Assembly: GCA_900768875.1 (NCBI GenBank)
Contig: CAAGEP010000006.1
Span: forward strand, 71,950 to 135,949
Origin: Alphaproteobacteria bacterium
GTDB lineage: Bacteria; Pseudomonadota; Alphaproteobacteria; CAAGCB01; CAG-977
DNA: 64,000 bases
Direction: 5' to 3'
The notes under the pieces are model-generated. The model saw nothing but the letters and a program-made list of their open reading frames with translations. It was not told the origin of the DNA and ran no database searches. A program made the position numbers and the translations under genes. How positions within the stretch are numbered: position 1 is the first letter of the stretch; every line of letters begins with the position of its first letter. Positions 16,723-27,611 of this stretch are shown here, piece after piece.

Positions 16723-18066
16723 ATGGATGAATGGCACAAAAGTTTGATTGACGACATCGGTGCTTTGCCCGAATACCGGTCGTACGGGTCGGTTTCGGCG
16801 GTCAAAGGCATGCTGGTCGAAATGACGGGCGCGCGTTCGGAACTGTCCGTCGGCGACCGCTGTACGATTTTGGCGCGCGCGGGCAAAAAAGTCCCCGCCG
16901 AAGTCGTCGGCTTCAACGGCGGCAAAGTGCTGTTGATGCCGTTCGTGAACCTTGACGGCGTAGGCCCCGGAAACGAGGTTGATTTAAGCAACGCGCATCC
17001 CGTCTTGTATCCCGATATTTCTTGGCTGGGGCGGGTGATTAACGCCATGGGCGAACCCGTCGACGGCAAAGGTCCGTTGAAAAAAGGCAAGGTGCCGTGC
17101 TTGATTCACGCGTCGCCGCCGCCCGCCAATTCGCGCGAACGTGTCGCGGGCAAAGCCGATTTGGGCGTGCGGGCGATTAACACTTTTCTGACGCTGTGCA
17201 AAGGACAACGTATGGGCATCTTTGCGGGATCGGGCGTGGGCAAATCGTCGTTGATGGCGATGATGGCGCGGCATACGCAGCTGGATGTGACGGTGTTGGG
17301 GCTTATCGGTGAACGCGGACGCGAAGCGCGCGAGTTCATCGAGGACGATTTGGGCGTCGAAGGCATGAAGCGCAGTGTCGTCGTGGTGGCGACATCGGAC
17401 GAAAGCCCTTTGATGCGGCGGCAGGCGGCGTATGTCGCGATGACGGTCGCCGAGTATTTTCGCGATTTGCACAACAACGTTTTGTGCATGATGGACAGTA
17501 TTACCCGTTTCGCGATGGCGCAAAGGGAAATCAGTTTGTCCGCGGGCGAACCTCCGGCGACCAAAGGCTACACGCCGACGGTGTTTGCGGAACTGCCCCG
17601 TTTGCTGGAACGCGCGGGACCGGGGCGCATCGGGTCGGGGTCGATTACGGGGCTGTTCACCGTTCTGGTGGACGGCGACGACCACAACGAACCGATTGCC
17701 GACGCGGTGCGCGGCATTTTGGACGGTCACATCGTTTTGGAACGCGCGATTGCCGAACGCAACCGCTATCCCGCGGTCAACCTGCTGCGCAGTATTTCGC
17801 GTACCATGCCGGGGTGCAACTCGGACGAGGAAAACGCTCTTGTCAACCGCGCGCGCGCTTTGATTGCGACATACGAAGACATGGCGGAGCTGATTCGGTT
17901 GGGCGCGTACAAGCACGGGTCGAACGCGCAAGTCGACGAAGCGATTTTCTATTATGACAAGCTGGAAGCCTTTTTGTCGCAAAAGAAAAAGGAAAAAGTC
18001 GATTTTGCAACGGGCTATCAGCAGCTGAAGGACATTTTGTCGCAAAAGCCCGCCGGTGCTGAATAA
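16723..18066 (+). CDS. fliI: flagellum-specific ATPase FliI
   Basis: 447 aa with Walker A GSGVGKSSL and the FliI/T3SS ATPase family layout. Followed by fliJ with a 1-nt overlap (TAATG). Confidence 0.85.
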   Translation: MDEWHKSLIDDIGALPEYRSYGSVSAVKGMLVEMTGARSELSVGDRCTILARAGKKVPAEVVGFNGGKVLLMPFVNLDGVGPGNEVDLSNAHPVLYPDISWLGRVINAMGEPVDGKGPLKKGKVPCLIHASPPPANSRERVAGKADLGVRAINTFLTLCKGQRMGIFAGSGVGKSSLMAMMARHTQLDVTVLGLIGERGREAREFIEDDLGVEGMKRSVVVVATSDESPLMRRQAAYVAMTVAEYFRDLHNNVLCMMDSITRFAMAQREISLSAGEPPATKGYTPTVFAELPRLLERAGPGRIGSGSITGLFTVLVDGDDHNEPIADAVRGILDGHIVLERAIAERNRYPAVNLLRSISRTMPGCNSDEENALVNRARALIATYEDMAELIRLGAYKHGSNAQVDEAIFYYDKLEAFLSQKKKEKVDFATGYQQLKDILSQKPAGAE

Positions 18067-18527
18067 TGGCGAAAAACGACCTGAAAACGCTGATACGCGT
18101 GCATCAATTCGAACTGGATGAAAAACGCCGGCAGTTGGGCAATCTGCTGCGGTTTGAACAATCGCTTGAAAACCGCAAAATCCTGCTTGCCAAACGGTTT
18201 AAAGAGGAAGAGGAAGCCGCCAAAAGCGACCAAACGGCGGCTTTGACATTCGGCGCGTATGTTGATTGGCACATTGATGAAACAAAACGGGTTGAACGGG
18301 CTTTGGTTGACGCGCGCCAAGAAATCGCTTTGATGCGCGACGAAATCCGCGAGGCGTATCAAGAACTGAAAACTTTTGAAATCACGCAGGAAAACCGCGA
18401 AAAACGCGAAGCGGCGGAACTGGAGCGCAAAAACAACGCCGTACTGGACGAAATCGGCTTGACGCTTTACAGGCGCAAACAGGAAGAAGACGCCACCGAA
18501 AACGAAGAAGACAAAAAAGAAGAATAA
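18066..18527 (+). CDS. fliJ: flagellar export protein FliJ (coiled coil)
   Basis: 153-aa coiled-coil protein translationally coupled to fliI. Confidence 0.6.
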   Translation: MAKNDLKTLIRVHQFELDEKRRQLGNLLRFEQSLENRKILLAKRFKEEEEAAKSDQTAALTFGAYVDWHIDETKRVERALVDARQEIALMRDEIREAYQELKTFEITQENREKREAAELERKNNAVLDEIGLTLYRRKQEEDATENEEDKKEE

Positions 18528-18553
18528 AAAACCCGCATTTTTGCGGGTTTTTC
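18527..18553. terminator. bidirectional rho-independent terminator (fliJ / rne convergent)
   Basis: AAACCCGCATTTTTGCGGGTTTTTC hairpin with T-run. Confidence 0.6.
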
Positions 18554-18569
18554 ATGAAAAACGGCGGAA

Positions 18570-20792
18570 TTATTCCGCGGCGTCGTTATTGCCGTCCGTT
18601 TGTTCCTGTCCGTCCTGTTTCGGATGACGGCGGCGGCGGTTCGGATAGCGGCGGCGGCGGGGTTTGTTCTGTTTTTCCCCTTCGGGCTGTTCTGCGGGCT
18701 GTTCGCCGTGTTCTTCGCGCGGTTCTTCCGCGGGCTGAGCCTGCTGTTCCGCGTCGCCGTGAGGCTGTTCGCGGTTTTCGTCGTTATTGAAGCGGTGCTT
18801 GCGTCCGAAACGGCGGTCGCGGCGCGGATAACGGCGGCGGCGGCGATTGTTGTTGTTTTCACCGTCGGCGGTTTCGTCCTTTTCTTCGCGCTTCAGCCCT
18901 TCCTCGAACATTTCATCGGCGTTGATGACGTCTTCGCCCGTATAGTCTTCCTCGGCAATGACGTCTTCCTTGATAATCGCGTCGTCCTGCGGGTCTTCGG
19001 GCTGTTCGGGCATTTCGACGACGGGACGGCGTTCGCGGCGACCGCGCCCGCGACGACCGCGGCGGTCTTTTTTATCCGCTTTTTCGGTTTGTTCTTCGGG
19101 CTGTTCGGCGGCTTCCTCCGCAACGGCGGCGGCGACGTCTTCCTCGCGCACGACGCGCTCCATGCGGTAATCCGTCGGGAAAACCAGCGAAGCGTCGGCT
19201 TCCAAAAAGATTTTGACGTTGTACATCGCTTCAATGGCGTTCAAGTCGCGACGCTTGTAGTTCAAAACATACAAAGCCGTTTCGGGCGGAACCGTCATGT
19301 GCAGTTCGCTGAAACGCAGTTTCATGCTTTCTTCTTCCAACACATGGAGCGTGTGAATCGAAGCCGACTGCGTCGAACGGATCATGCCTTTGCCGCGGCA
19401 ATGCGGGCAAACCGAATAGCTGGTTTCGATAAAGCTGGAATGCAGACGCTGACGCGACAGCTCCATCAGCCCGAATCCCGTGATGCGCCCCATTTGAACG
19501 CGCGCGCGGTCGCGTTTTAACGCTTCTTTCATACGGCGTTCGATGGCGTGGTTGTTGCGGGCTTCCTCCATATCGATAAAGTCGATGACGACCAGCCCCG
19601 CCATATCGCGCAAACGCAGCTGACGCGCGATTTCATCCGCGGCTTCAAGGTTGGTTTTCAGAGCGGTTTCCTCGATATTGCGTTCTTTGGTCGCGCGTCC
19701 CGAGTTCACGTCAATCGCCACCAAAGCTTCGGTCTGATCCATAACCAGATACGCGCCCGATTTCAGCTGAACGATGTTGCTGTGCAAAGCTTCCAGCTGG
19801 GCTTCGACCTGATAGCGGAAAAACAAGGGGATTGTTTCGTCCTTGTAAAGCTTTACTTTTTTGGCGTGGCTGGGGGTCAGCATTTTCATAAAGTCACGCG
19901 CCATTTTGTATTCGGATTCGCCTTCGATAAGGATTTCCTCGATATCGCGCGTGTACATGTCGCGCAAGGCGCGCTTTATCAGATTGCCTTCCTCGTGAAT
20001 CAAGGCGGGGGCGGACGATTCCATGGTCGTGTCGCGGATTTGCACCCACGTTTTAATCAAATAGTCGTAGTCGCGCTTGATTTCCAAGCTGGTGCGTTCC
20101 TTGCCCGCCGTGCGGACGATAACCGACATGCCCGTCGGCAAAGGCAGTTTCGACACGATGCCTTTCAGACGCTTTCTGTCCGCCGCGTTGGTGATTTTGC
20201 GCGAAACGCCGCCGCCACGTGCATTGTTCGGCATCAAAACGCAATACCGTCCCGCCAGCGACAAATACGTCGTCAAAGCCGCGCCTTTGTTGCCGCGTTC
20301 TTCCTTAATCACCTGCACCAGCAAAACTTGCCCGCGATGGATGACTTCCTGAATTTTGTATTTTTTGATTTGTTTGAAACGGCGCGCCGCCACTTCGTCC
20401 GCTTCGTTTTCGCTGACGGTTTCGACAATGCGTTCGTCGGATTCTTCGTCTTCCGCCGATTCGGTTTCGGCATCGGATTCCGTTTCGTGGTCGTCATCCT
20501 TGTCTTCCTCCAGCAGCGCTTCTTTCAAAGCTTCGCGGTCGGCGACGGGGATTTGGTAATAGTCGGGGTGGATTTCGTTGAACGCCAGAAATCCGTGGCG
20601 GTTGCCGCCGTAATCGACGAAAGCGGCTTGCAGCGACGGTTCGACGCGCGCGACTTTTGCCAGATAGATGTTGCCTTTCAGCTGTTTTTTGGTCGAAGTT
20701 TCAATATCCAGCTCGTCAAGCTTCGTACCGTCCACGATAACGACCCGCGTTTCTTCGACATGGGTCGCGTCTATTAACATTCTTTTTGTCAT
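18570..20792 (-). CDS. rne: ribonuclease E (S1 + catalytic domain, Arg-rich C-terminal scaffold)
   Basis: Start at MTKRMLIDATH (ATG 20792). S1 domain and RNase E/G catalytic core (VVIDFIDMEE...). Arg/Glu-rich C-terminus. Confidence 0.85.
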   Translation of the reverse strand: MTKRMLIDATHVEETRVVIVDGTKLDELDIETSTKKQLKGNIYLAKVARVEPSLQAAFVDYGGNRHGFLAFNEIHPDYYQIPVADREALKEALLEEDKDDDHETESDAETESAEDEESDERIVETVSENEADEVAARRFKQIKKYKIQEVIHRGQVLLVQVIKEERGNKGAALTTYLSLAGRYCVLMPNNARGGGVSRKITNAADRKRLKGIVSKLPLPTGMSVIVRTAGKERTSLEIKRDYDYLIKTWVQIRDTTMESSAPALIHEEGNLIKRALRDMYTRDIEEILIEGESEYKMARDFMKMLTPSHAKKVKLYKDETIPLFFRYQVEAQLEALHSNIVQLKSGAYLVMDQTEALVAIDVNSGRATKERNIEETALKTNLEAADEIARQLRLRDMAGLVVIDFIDMEEARNNHAIERRMKEALKRDRARVQMGRITGFGLMELSRQRLHSSFIETSYSVCPHCRGKGMIRSTQSASIHTLHVLEEESMKLRFSELHMTVPPETALYVLNYKRRDLNAIEAMYNVKIFLEADASLVFPTDYRMERVVREEDVAAAVAEEAAEQPEEQTEKADKKDRRGRRGRGRRERRPVVEMPEQPEDPQDDAIIKEDVIAEEDYTGEDVINADEMFEEGLKREEKDETADGENNNNRRRRRYPRRDRRFGRKHRFNNDENREQPHGDAEQQAQPAEEPREEHGEQPAEQPEGEKQNKPRRRRYPNRRRRHPKQDGQEQTDGNNDAAE

Positions 20793-21090
20793 TAAAGTTG
20801 ATTCTCCGAGCGTCGGCGTAAAGCATACCCGCCGACATGATGGGTGATAAACCGGTTGAACCGAGCGCAAAAAGCGGGGTAATCGTATTTTTCAAATTCG
20901 AATTTGAAAATCGACGCACTTTAAAAAATCCCTTCCGACACGCTTCGGTTTCCCGAAAAAACTGTTTAAAACGCTGCTTTTATCGTTTTTCGCCGTGCCA
21001 AACAGCCCTGTTGCCGCAGGAGGCGCAATAAAAAAATTGACTTTCAGCGTCGATAGAATAACCATCTCTTAACCAAAGAACAATCATATT

Positions 21091-22332
21091 TTGTTAGGGT
21101 ATGCTAAATTTTTTGAAAAAACACGAATCGGCATGACAGTTCGGATACAAAAATTGATGCGGATTTTCACCACGGGAGTCTTTGTTTTCCTGTGGTTTTG
21201 CGCGCCTTGCCAAGCGGGACGGACGACGGGCGTCCGATTCGGCAGCCAAGGCGATTCGTCGGCGCGCATCGTCATCGATTTGACCGAAAAAACAAATTTT
21301 AAAATCTTTCCCCTGCAAAATCCGTCCCGCGTCGTCATCGATTTGCCCGACACGACGAACGGCGTTTCGGAAAAAAGCATCGGCGATTTGCCCGCTTATT
21401 TGAAAGACGTGCGGTTCGGCAAAAACGGCAAAGCGGCGCGCATCGTTTTGGAAACGGCGCGGGAAACGGTCATCAAAAAATCGTTCGTCCTTGCCCCGCA
21501 AAGCGGTTTCAAGTGGCGGTTGGTCGTCGATTTGGAAATTCTGCGCGATCAGCCGTTAAAACAGGTTTCCGCCGAATGGTACGACAACTCCGTTTCGGAA
21601 CAAAAGCCCGCGCGAAAGTTCAACGAACAGCCAAAAGTCAAACCGCTTATCGTGCTTGACCCCGGACACGGCGGCAAAGACCCCGGCGCAATCGGCGTTT
21701 CGGGCGTGTATGAAAAGCATTTGACGCTAGCCATGGTCAAACAGCTGCGCGCTTTGCTGGAAAAAACGGGACGGTACCGCGTCAAGCTGACTCGTGAAAC
21801 GGATATTTTCATCGCTTTGTATGCCAGACGGCGGTTCGCGCGGTCGGTCAACGCGGATTTGTTCATCTCGATTCACGCGGACAGCATCAAAAAACCGCAA
21901 ACCCGCGGGCTGTCCGTTTACACCCTGTCCGAAAAAGCGTCCGACAAAGAAGCGGAAAAACTGGCGGAAAAGGAAAACAAGGTTGACTTGATAGCGGGAA
22001 TCGATTTATCAAACGAAACGCAGGAAGTGACAGACATTCTGATTGATCTGGCGCGGCGCGAAACCAACAACCGTTCATCGTTTTTCGCTGAAAAGCTGAT
22101 GAATGAAATCCGCAAGGAAATCAAGGTGCTGCCCAATTCCCACCGTTTCGCGGGATTTGCGGTGCTGAAATCGCCCGACGTGCCGTCCGTTTTAATCGAA
22201 ATGGGCTATCTTTCCAACGCCGAAGAAGAAAGACTGTTGCGTCAGGCGCCGTATCGTGAAAAACTGGCAAGAGCGGCAGTCCGCGCGATTGACGATTACT
22301 TTGCCGAAAAACACAAAGCGAACTTTAATTAA
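21091..22332 (+). CDS. amiC: N-acetylmuramoyl-L-alanine amidase AmiC-type (AMIN domain + Amidase_3)
   Basis: AMIN-like N-terminal domain (ARIVIDLTEKTNFKIFPLQNPSRVVIDLPDT) and an amidase_3 domain (LDPGHGGKDPGA...SIHADS). Confidence 0.8.
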   Translation: MLGYAKFFEKTRIGMTVRIQKLMRIFTTGVFVFLWFCAPCQAGRTTGVRFGSQGDSSARIVIDLTEKTNFKIFPLQNPSRVVIDLPDTTNGVSEKSIGDLPAYLKDVRFGKNGKAARIVLETARETVIKKSFVLAPQSGFKWRLVVDLEILRDQPLKQVSAEWYDNSVSEQKPARKFNEQPKVKPLIVLDPGHGGKDPGAIGVSGVYEKHLTLAMVKQLRALLEKTGRYRVKLTRETDIFIALYARRRFARSVNADLFISIHADSIKKPQTRGLSVYTLSEKASDKEAEKLAEKENKVDLIAGIDLSNETQEVTDILIDLARRETNNRSSFFAEKLMNEIRKEIKVLPNSHRFAGFAVLKSPDVPSVLIEMGYLSNAEEERLLRQAPYREKLARAAVRAIDDYFAEKHKANFN

Positions 22333-22345
22333 AGGGTAATACGAT

Positions 22346-24952
22346 ATGTCCAAGATTTTTTCAACTTTGCTCAGCTACGCCATGCTGATTGCGATTATGG
22401 GGCTTATCGCGCTGTTGCTGATTTTTTCCCATTACGGCAGAAGCGTTGACGATTATCGTCAGCTGGCGACGTACGAACCGCCGATTACCAGCCGCTTGTA
22501 CGCCGCGGACGGCAAACTGCTGGCGGAATACGCGTCCGAAAAACGTGTGTTCGTTCCTTACGAAGCTATTCCGCAAAAGCTGATTCAAGCCTTTATTTCC
22601 GCCGAAGATAAAAAGTTTTTCACGCACGGCGGCGTTGACTTTATGGGCATTACCCGCGCGGTGTTTCAAAACATCCGCAACATCGGCCGCGGCCGGCGCA
22701 TGATCGGCGCGTCAACCATTACTCAGCAGGTCGCCAAAAACTTTCTGCTGACCAACGAAGCATCCTTTGAACGCAAAATCAAGGAAGCCATCCTTGCCGT
22801 GCGCATCGAACGCGCGTTTACCAAAGAATACATTATGGAATTGTACTTGAACCAGATTTATCTGGGGCATTATTCCTACGGCGTTGCGGCGGCGGCGCTG
22901 AATTACTTTGACAAATCGCTGGACGAACTGACGATTGCCGAAGACGCTTTTCTGGCGGCTTTGCCCAAAGGGCCGAACAACTACGATCCCGATAAACGCT
23001 ATGACGAAGCGGTGGCGCGCCGCAACTGGGTGCTGTCCCGTATGGCGGAGGACGGCTATATCACTGACGAACAAGCCATTGAAGCATCCCGCGAACCGAT
23101 TACGCTCGCCAAACGCGCGCAAAGCGAAACGGCGGCGGACGGAGAATACTTTGCCGAAGAAATCCGCCGCACTCTGGTTTCCAAATACGGCGAGGATATT
23201 CTTTACAAGGGCGGATTGGCGGTCAGAACGACGCTTGATCCCGAAAAGCAGAAATATGCGGCCGACGCGTTGCGTCAGGGATTGCTGAACTACGACCGCC
23301 GCCACGGGTTCCGCGCGCCGATTGCCCACATCGATTTGGACGCGATTCCCGATGTCGAACCCGTCGAACAGCCCGAACAATCAGACCAAGCCGAAACCTC
23401 CGCCGAAGAAACGGAGGAAACCGAAGTCGCCGAAGAAGAAATCCCCGATCCGAAATGGCTGGAACCGCTGAAATCCGTTCCCGTTGCTTCTTATGTTCCC
23501 GAAACGTGGAAAACGGCGATTGTGACGAATGTCACGGCCGAAGCCGCCGAAATCGGACTGGCCGACAAAACGACGGGGACGATTCCTTTGGCGGAACTGA
23601 AATGGGCGCGCAAAAATTTGCCCGACCAGACATTGGGACCCGAAATCACCGCTGCGTCCGAAGTTTTGAAAACGGGTGACGTGATTTGGGTCGAACCCGT
23701 TAAATTCGGCGCGAAACGCGTGCCGTATCCCGAAAACACCTACACTTTGCGCCAAATCCCCGAAGTCGAAGGCGCGATGGTTGTTCTTGACCCGCATACG
23801 GGGCGCGTTCTGGCGATGGTCGGCGGCTTTTCGTTCAAGCGGTCGCAGTTCAACCGCGCGGTGCAAGCGAAACGTCAGCCGGGGTCAAGCTTCAAGCCGT
23901 TTGTGTATCTGGCGGCTTTGGACAAAGAATTTACGCCGTCGACGTTGGTTTTGGACGCGCCGTTTGTCATGGAGCAGGGCAACGGCATGGGAAAATGGAA
24001 GCCCAAAAATGTTTCCAAACGGTTTTACGGACCGACGACTTTGCGCATGGGCATCGAAAAGTCCCGCAACCTGATTACGATTCGTCTGGCGCGCGCAATC
24101 GGTATCGACACAGTGGTTGAATACGCCAAAAAATTCGGCATTTCGGACGATTTGCCGCCGCAGATGTCCGTCGCCATCGGATCGGGCGAAACAACGGTTT
24201 TGCGGCTGGCGACGGCATACGGCATGCTGGTCAACGGGGGCAAAAAAATCGAACCCGTCTTAATCGACCGTATTCAAGACAGAACGGGCGCGACGGTGTA
24301 TAATTCGGACACTCGTCCGTGCGAAAATTGCCGCGACGCAATGTGGGACGGACAGCCCGCTCCGAAAATCCCCGATATTCGCGAACAAATCGAAGACCCG
24401 CGCAGCGCATACCAAATCATCAATATTATGACGGGGGTTTTGGCTCCGGGGGGCAGCGCGTCGAATTTACGCCGCTTGGGACGAACGTTCGCGGCGAAAA
24501 CGGGAACGTCGAACAATTCTTTGGACGCTTGGTTTGTGGGTGTAACGCCCGATCTTGTCATGGCGGTATTTGTCGGCTTTGACGATCCGCGCACACTGGG
24601 CAAGCACGATTTGGGCGGTTCGGTCGCGTCGCCGATATTCAAACAGTTCGTTGATACGGCGTTAAAGGACGAACCCCGTATTCCGTTCCGTGTTCCCGCG
24701 GGTATCCGCTTTGTTCGCGTCAACCACAAAACGGGAAAACCCGCTTCGCCCAAAGACCGCGATGTCGTGTTGGAAGCTTTTAAAATCGGCGAAGACTGGC
24801 GCGGTAAAATCAAAGGCACTTTGGACGGTTCGGATGAAGAAAACGAACAAATCGACGACGACAAGGTCGATAAGACGGAGCAAATGCACAACCGCATGCG
24901 TCAGACCGAAGAAATCGACGACAATATGCCCGATATCGGCAGTGTATTTTAA
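22346..24952 (+). CDS. mrcA: penicillin-binding protein 1A (bifunctional glycosyltransferase/transpeptidase)
   Basis: GT51 motifs (EDKKFFTHGGVD, RGASTITQQ). Transpeptidase SxxK (SSFKP), SxN and KTGT motifs. Confidence 0.85.
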   Translation: MSKIFSTLLSYAMLIAIMGLIALLLIFSHYGRSVDDYRQLATYEPPITSRLYAADGKLLAEYASEKRVFVPYEAIPQKLIQAFISAEDKKFFTHGGVDFMGITRAVFQNIRNIGRGRRMIGASTITQQVAKNFLLTNEASFERKIKEAILAVRIERAFTKEYIMELYLNQIYLGHYSYGVAAAALNYFDKSLDELTIAEDAFLAALPKGPNNYDPDKRYDEAVARRNWVLSRMAEDGYITDEQAIEASREPITLAKRAQSETAADGEYFAEEIRRTLVSKYGEDILYKGGLAVRTTLDPEKQKYAADALRQGLLNYDRRHGFRAPIAHIDLDAIPDVEPVEQPEQSDQAETSAEETEETEVAEEEIPDPKWLEPLKSVPVASYVPETWKTAIVTNVTAEAAEIGLADKTTGTIPLAELKWARKNLPDQTLGPEITAASEVLKTGDVIWVEPVKFGAKRVPYPENTYTLRQIPEVEGAMVVLDPHTGRVLAMVGGFSFKRSQFNRAVQAKRQPGSSFKPFVYLAALDKEFTPSTLVLDAPFVMEQGNGMGKWKPKNVSKRFYGPTTLRMGIEKSRNLITIRLARAIGIDTVVEYAKKFGISDDLPPQMSVAIGSGETTVLRLATAYGMLVNGGKKIEPVLIDRIQDRTGATVYNSDTRPCENCRDAMWDGQPAPKIPDIREQIEDPRSAYQIINIMTGVLAPGGSASNLRRLGRTFAAKTGTSNNSLDAWFVGVTPDLVMAVFVGFDDPRTLGKHDLGGSVASPIFKQFVDTALKDEPRIPFRVPAGIRFVRVNHKTGKPASPKDRDVVLEAFKIGEDWRGKIKGTLDGSDEENEQIDDDKVDKTEQMHNRMRQTEEIDDNMPDIGSVF

Positions 24953-24970
24953 CGAAAGGAGTTCTCTTAA

Positions 24971-26087
24971 ATGAAAGCTGAAACGGCTACCCTTATCCAA
25001 GACATCAAGCAGTCGCTGGAACTGCTGAGGAGGCATCTTTGACTGGGACAATGCGTTGTACCGGTTGGAGGAAATCAATTCGTTAACGGCGGATGCCAAT
25101 TTGTGGAACAATCCCGAACAGGCGCAAAAGCTGATGGCAGAGCGCACTTATCTGGAGGATTCCGTCAAAGGCTGCCGCGATTTGGAACAAGGGGTCAAGG
25201 ACGCCGAAGACTTGATTGAACTGGGCGAAGCCGAGGGCGATAACGAAATCGTCGCCGAAGCCGAAGCGTCGCTTGCCGATTTGCAGAAACAGGCGCAAAA
25301 GCAAACATTGAACGCTCTTTTGTCGGGCGAAGCGGATTCCAACGACACTTACTTGGAAATTCACGCGGGCGCGGGTGGCACGGAAGCGCAGGACTGGTCG
25401 GAAATGCTGTTGCGCATGTATATGCGCTGGGCGGAAAAACACGACTTCAAGGTCGAATATCTGGAAGCCAGCGAAGGCGAAGAAGCCGGCATCAAGTCTT
25501 CGATTATCAAAATATCGGGACACAACGCTTACGGCTGGCTGAAAACGGAAAGCGGCGTTCACCGCTTGGTGCGCATATCGCCTTATGACGCGAACGCGCG
25601 CCGCCACACCAGCTTCAGCTCTGTGTGGGTGTACCCCGTGATTGACGACAGCATCAAAATCGACATCAACCCCGCAGATTGCAAAATCGACACTTACCGT
25701 TCTTCGGGCGCGGGCGGTCAGCACGTCAACAAAACGGAATCCGCCGTGCGCATCACGCACATTCCGACGGGCGTCGTCGTGTCGTGCCAGACTCAGCGTT
25801 CCCAGTTCCAGAACAAAGACGTGGCGTGGTCGATGCTGCGCGCGCGCCTGTACGAAATCGAGCTGAAGAAAAAAGAGGAAAAAATCCAAAGTCAGGAAGA
25901 CGCCAAAGCCGATATCGGCTGGGGACATCAGATTCGCTCTTATGTTCTGCAGCCTTATCAGATGGTCAAGGATTTGCGCACCGAAGTCGAAACGTCGGAC
26001 ACCAAAGGCGTTTTGGACGGCGACATCGATTTGTTTTTGGAAGCTTCTCTCGCCGCAAGGATTCAAGGCAATGAAGACGCTTCTTAA
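24971..26087 (+). CDS. prfB: peptide chain release factor 2 with programmed +1 frameshift (frame 0: [26 protein letters not shown] at 25040; continues in +1 frame from 25041)
   Basis: AGGAGG-CAT-CTT-TGA-C frameshift cassette at 25028..25043. GGQ motif ([13 protein letters not shown]) downstream. Confidence 0.85.
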
Positions 26088-26817
26088 TTTGTGTTTGACG
26101 GTTTTGCTGTTCGGGTGTGTTTCGCCGTTGTCCGAAACCGACCCCGAACTGTACCGTCAATACAAATACTGGGAAGCGGGCGTCAACGACTGGCACCCTG
26201 CGCGCGGGTTCGACGTGCGCGTCAACCGGTTCCTAAACGGCGGCTGGTACGGTTTGCGTTTGACTCCGCATCGGGAAAACGCGCCGTCTTTTGCGTCGGG
26301 CTATATCGAAGCGGCGGAACAGGTCGCGTTTGAAATGATGACCGCGCAGTGCGGCGCGCAGAATTTTGTCGCGCAAGCCGCTCCGCAGGACGCGGGGCTG
26401 CGCACGCTTGACAGGTACTTTTATCAAAACGCCGATTTGTCCATAGGCATCCGTTTCCGTTGCCGCAAAGAGGCCGAAAAACCGACATACGATTTCTTGC
26501 AGACCGAACAGCAAAAATGGAGCAAAGCGCACCGCGTATGGGACGAAATCGGCGGAATTCAAGCCGCTGTCGATATTTTGCCCCCCGATGTCGGCGGGTT
26601 GCATCAGATTAAAATCCGTTTGTTCGGCGGCGACGCGAACGACAACCGCCGATTGGCGCGCAAAGTCATGCTGAACATCTGCGAAGGTCCCTCATTCAGA
26701 ATGACGTACGAGAAATTCGCGCTTGATTTGGTTCCCGTCGGCCGTCCGCCGGAAATCGTATCCAACGAAAACATCATGGCATACGGTTTTAAATGTTATA
26801 CGCGGGGGAAAAAATGA
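26071..26817 (+). CDS. lipoprotein of unknown function (signal + lipobox LLFGC)
   Basis: ATG at 26071 lies inside the last codons of prfB. The protein begins [16 protein letters not shown]|VSPL. No recognisable domain. Confidence 0.5.
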   Translation: MKTLLNLCLTVLLFGCVSPLSETDPELYRQYKYWEAGVNDWHPARGFDVRVNRFLNGGWYGLRLTPHRENAPSFASGYIEAAEQVAFEMMTAQCGAQNFVAQAAPQDAGLRTLDRYFYQNADLSIGIRFRCRKEAEKPTYDFLQTEQQKWSKAHRVWDEIGGIQAAVDILPPDVGGLHQIKIRLFGGDANDNRRLARKVMLNICEGPSFRMTYEKFALDLVPVGRPPEIVSNENIMAYGFKCYTRGKK

Positions 26818-27608
26818 AAATCGTTGCGGGGGCGGCCGTTTTATACGGACTTGCTTTGATTTGGGTCGCGGTCAACCAGCGCAAGCTGATGTACCACCCC
26901 GAAACTCGATTATACACGCCGCACCAAAACGAGGTCTTTGCCCATGAATCCGTCGTTCTGCATACGGCTGACGGCTTGACGCTGAAAGCCGCCTACAAAG
27001 CCCCCGAAAACGGCAAGCCCGTTGTGATTTACTTTCACGGCAACACGGGCATTGTCGCCGACGCACTGCACAAACTTGTCCCCCTCGTCAACGCGGGATA
27101 CGGCGTTTTAATGCCCGAATACCGCGGCTTTGACGGCAACGCGGGCGCACCGTCGGAACAGGGGTTAATCCAAGACGCCGAAGCCGCTTTGCGCTTTGTG
27201 CAAACAACGGCGCCCGATTCTCCCGTTGTTTACTACGGCATGTCCATGGGAACGGGCGTGGCGAACGCGCTGGCGGCAAAATTCCCGCCCGCCGCTTTGG
27301 TGCAGGAATGCGGCTTTACGTCCATGACGGCGGCGGCGCAAAACCGCTATTGGTTTTTGCCCGTCAAACTGTTGATTAAAGACACCTACGATTCCGAAAA
27401 AAGAATCGCGTCCTTGACCGCGCCTTTGCTGATTTTGCACGGCGAAAAAGACAAAACCGTCCCCGTATCGCACGCGTCCGAAATGCTGCAAGCGGCGAAA
27501 TCGAAAAATAAAACGATTAAAATCTATCCCGACGGACATCATATCGACTTGTACGATTTCGGGGCAAGCGAAGATGTACTGAACTGGCTGAACGGATTGT
27601 TCGGATAA
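26814..27608 (+). CDS. alpha/beta-fold hydrolase (GxSxG: GMSMG)
   Basis: N-terminal TM/signal, then HG...GMSMGTG...D...H catalytic triad spacing. Start overlaps the upstream stop (ATGA). Confidence 0.6.
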   Translation: MKIVAGAAVLYGLALIWVAVNQRKLMYHPETRLYTPHQNEVFAHESVVLHTADGLTLKAAYKAPENGKPVVIYFHGNTGIVADALHKLVPLVNAGYGVLMPEYRGFDGNAGAPSEQGLIQDAEAALRFVQTTAPDSPVVYYGMSMGTGVANALAAKFPPAALVQECGFTSMTAAAQNRYWFLPVKLLIKDTYDSEKRIASLTAPLLILHGEKDKTVPVSHASEMLQAAKSKNKTIKIYPDGHHIDLYDFGASEDVLNWLNGLFG

Positions 27609-27611
27609 TCC

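Noticed and set aside
16984-18045. 353-aa ORF on - strand
   Set aside because: Antisense to fliI, which has unambiguous ATPase motifs.
18600-20777. ORFs 18600..19520 + and 19548..20777 +
   Set aside because: Antisense to rne. Arg/Phe-rich translations with no domains.
25083-26066. 327-aa ORF on - strand
   Set aside because: Antisense to prfB.
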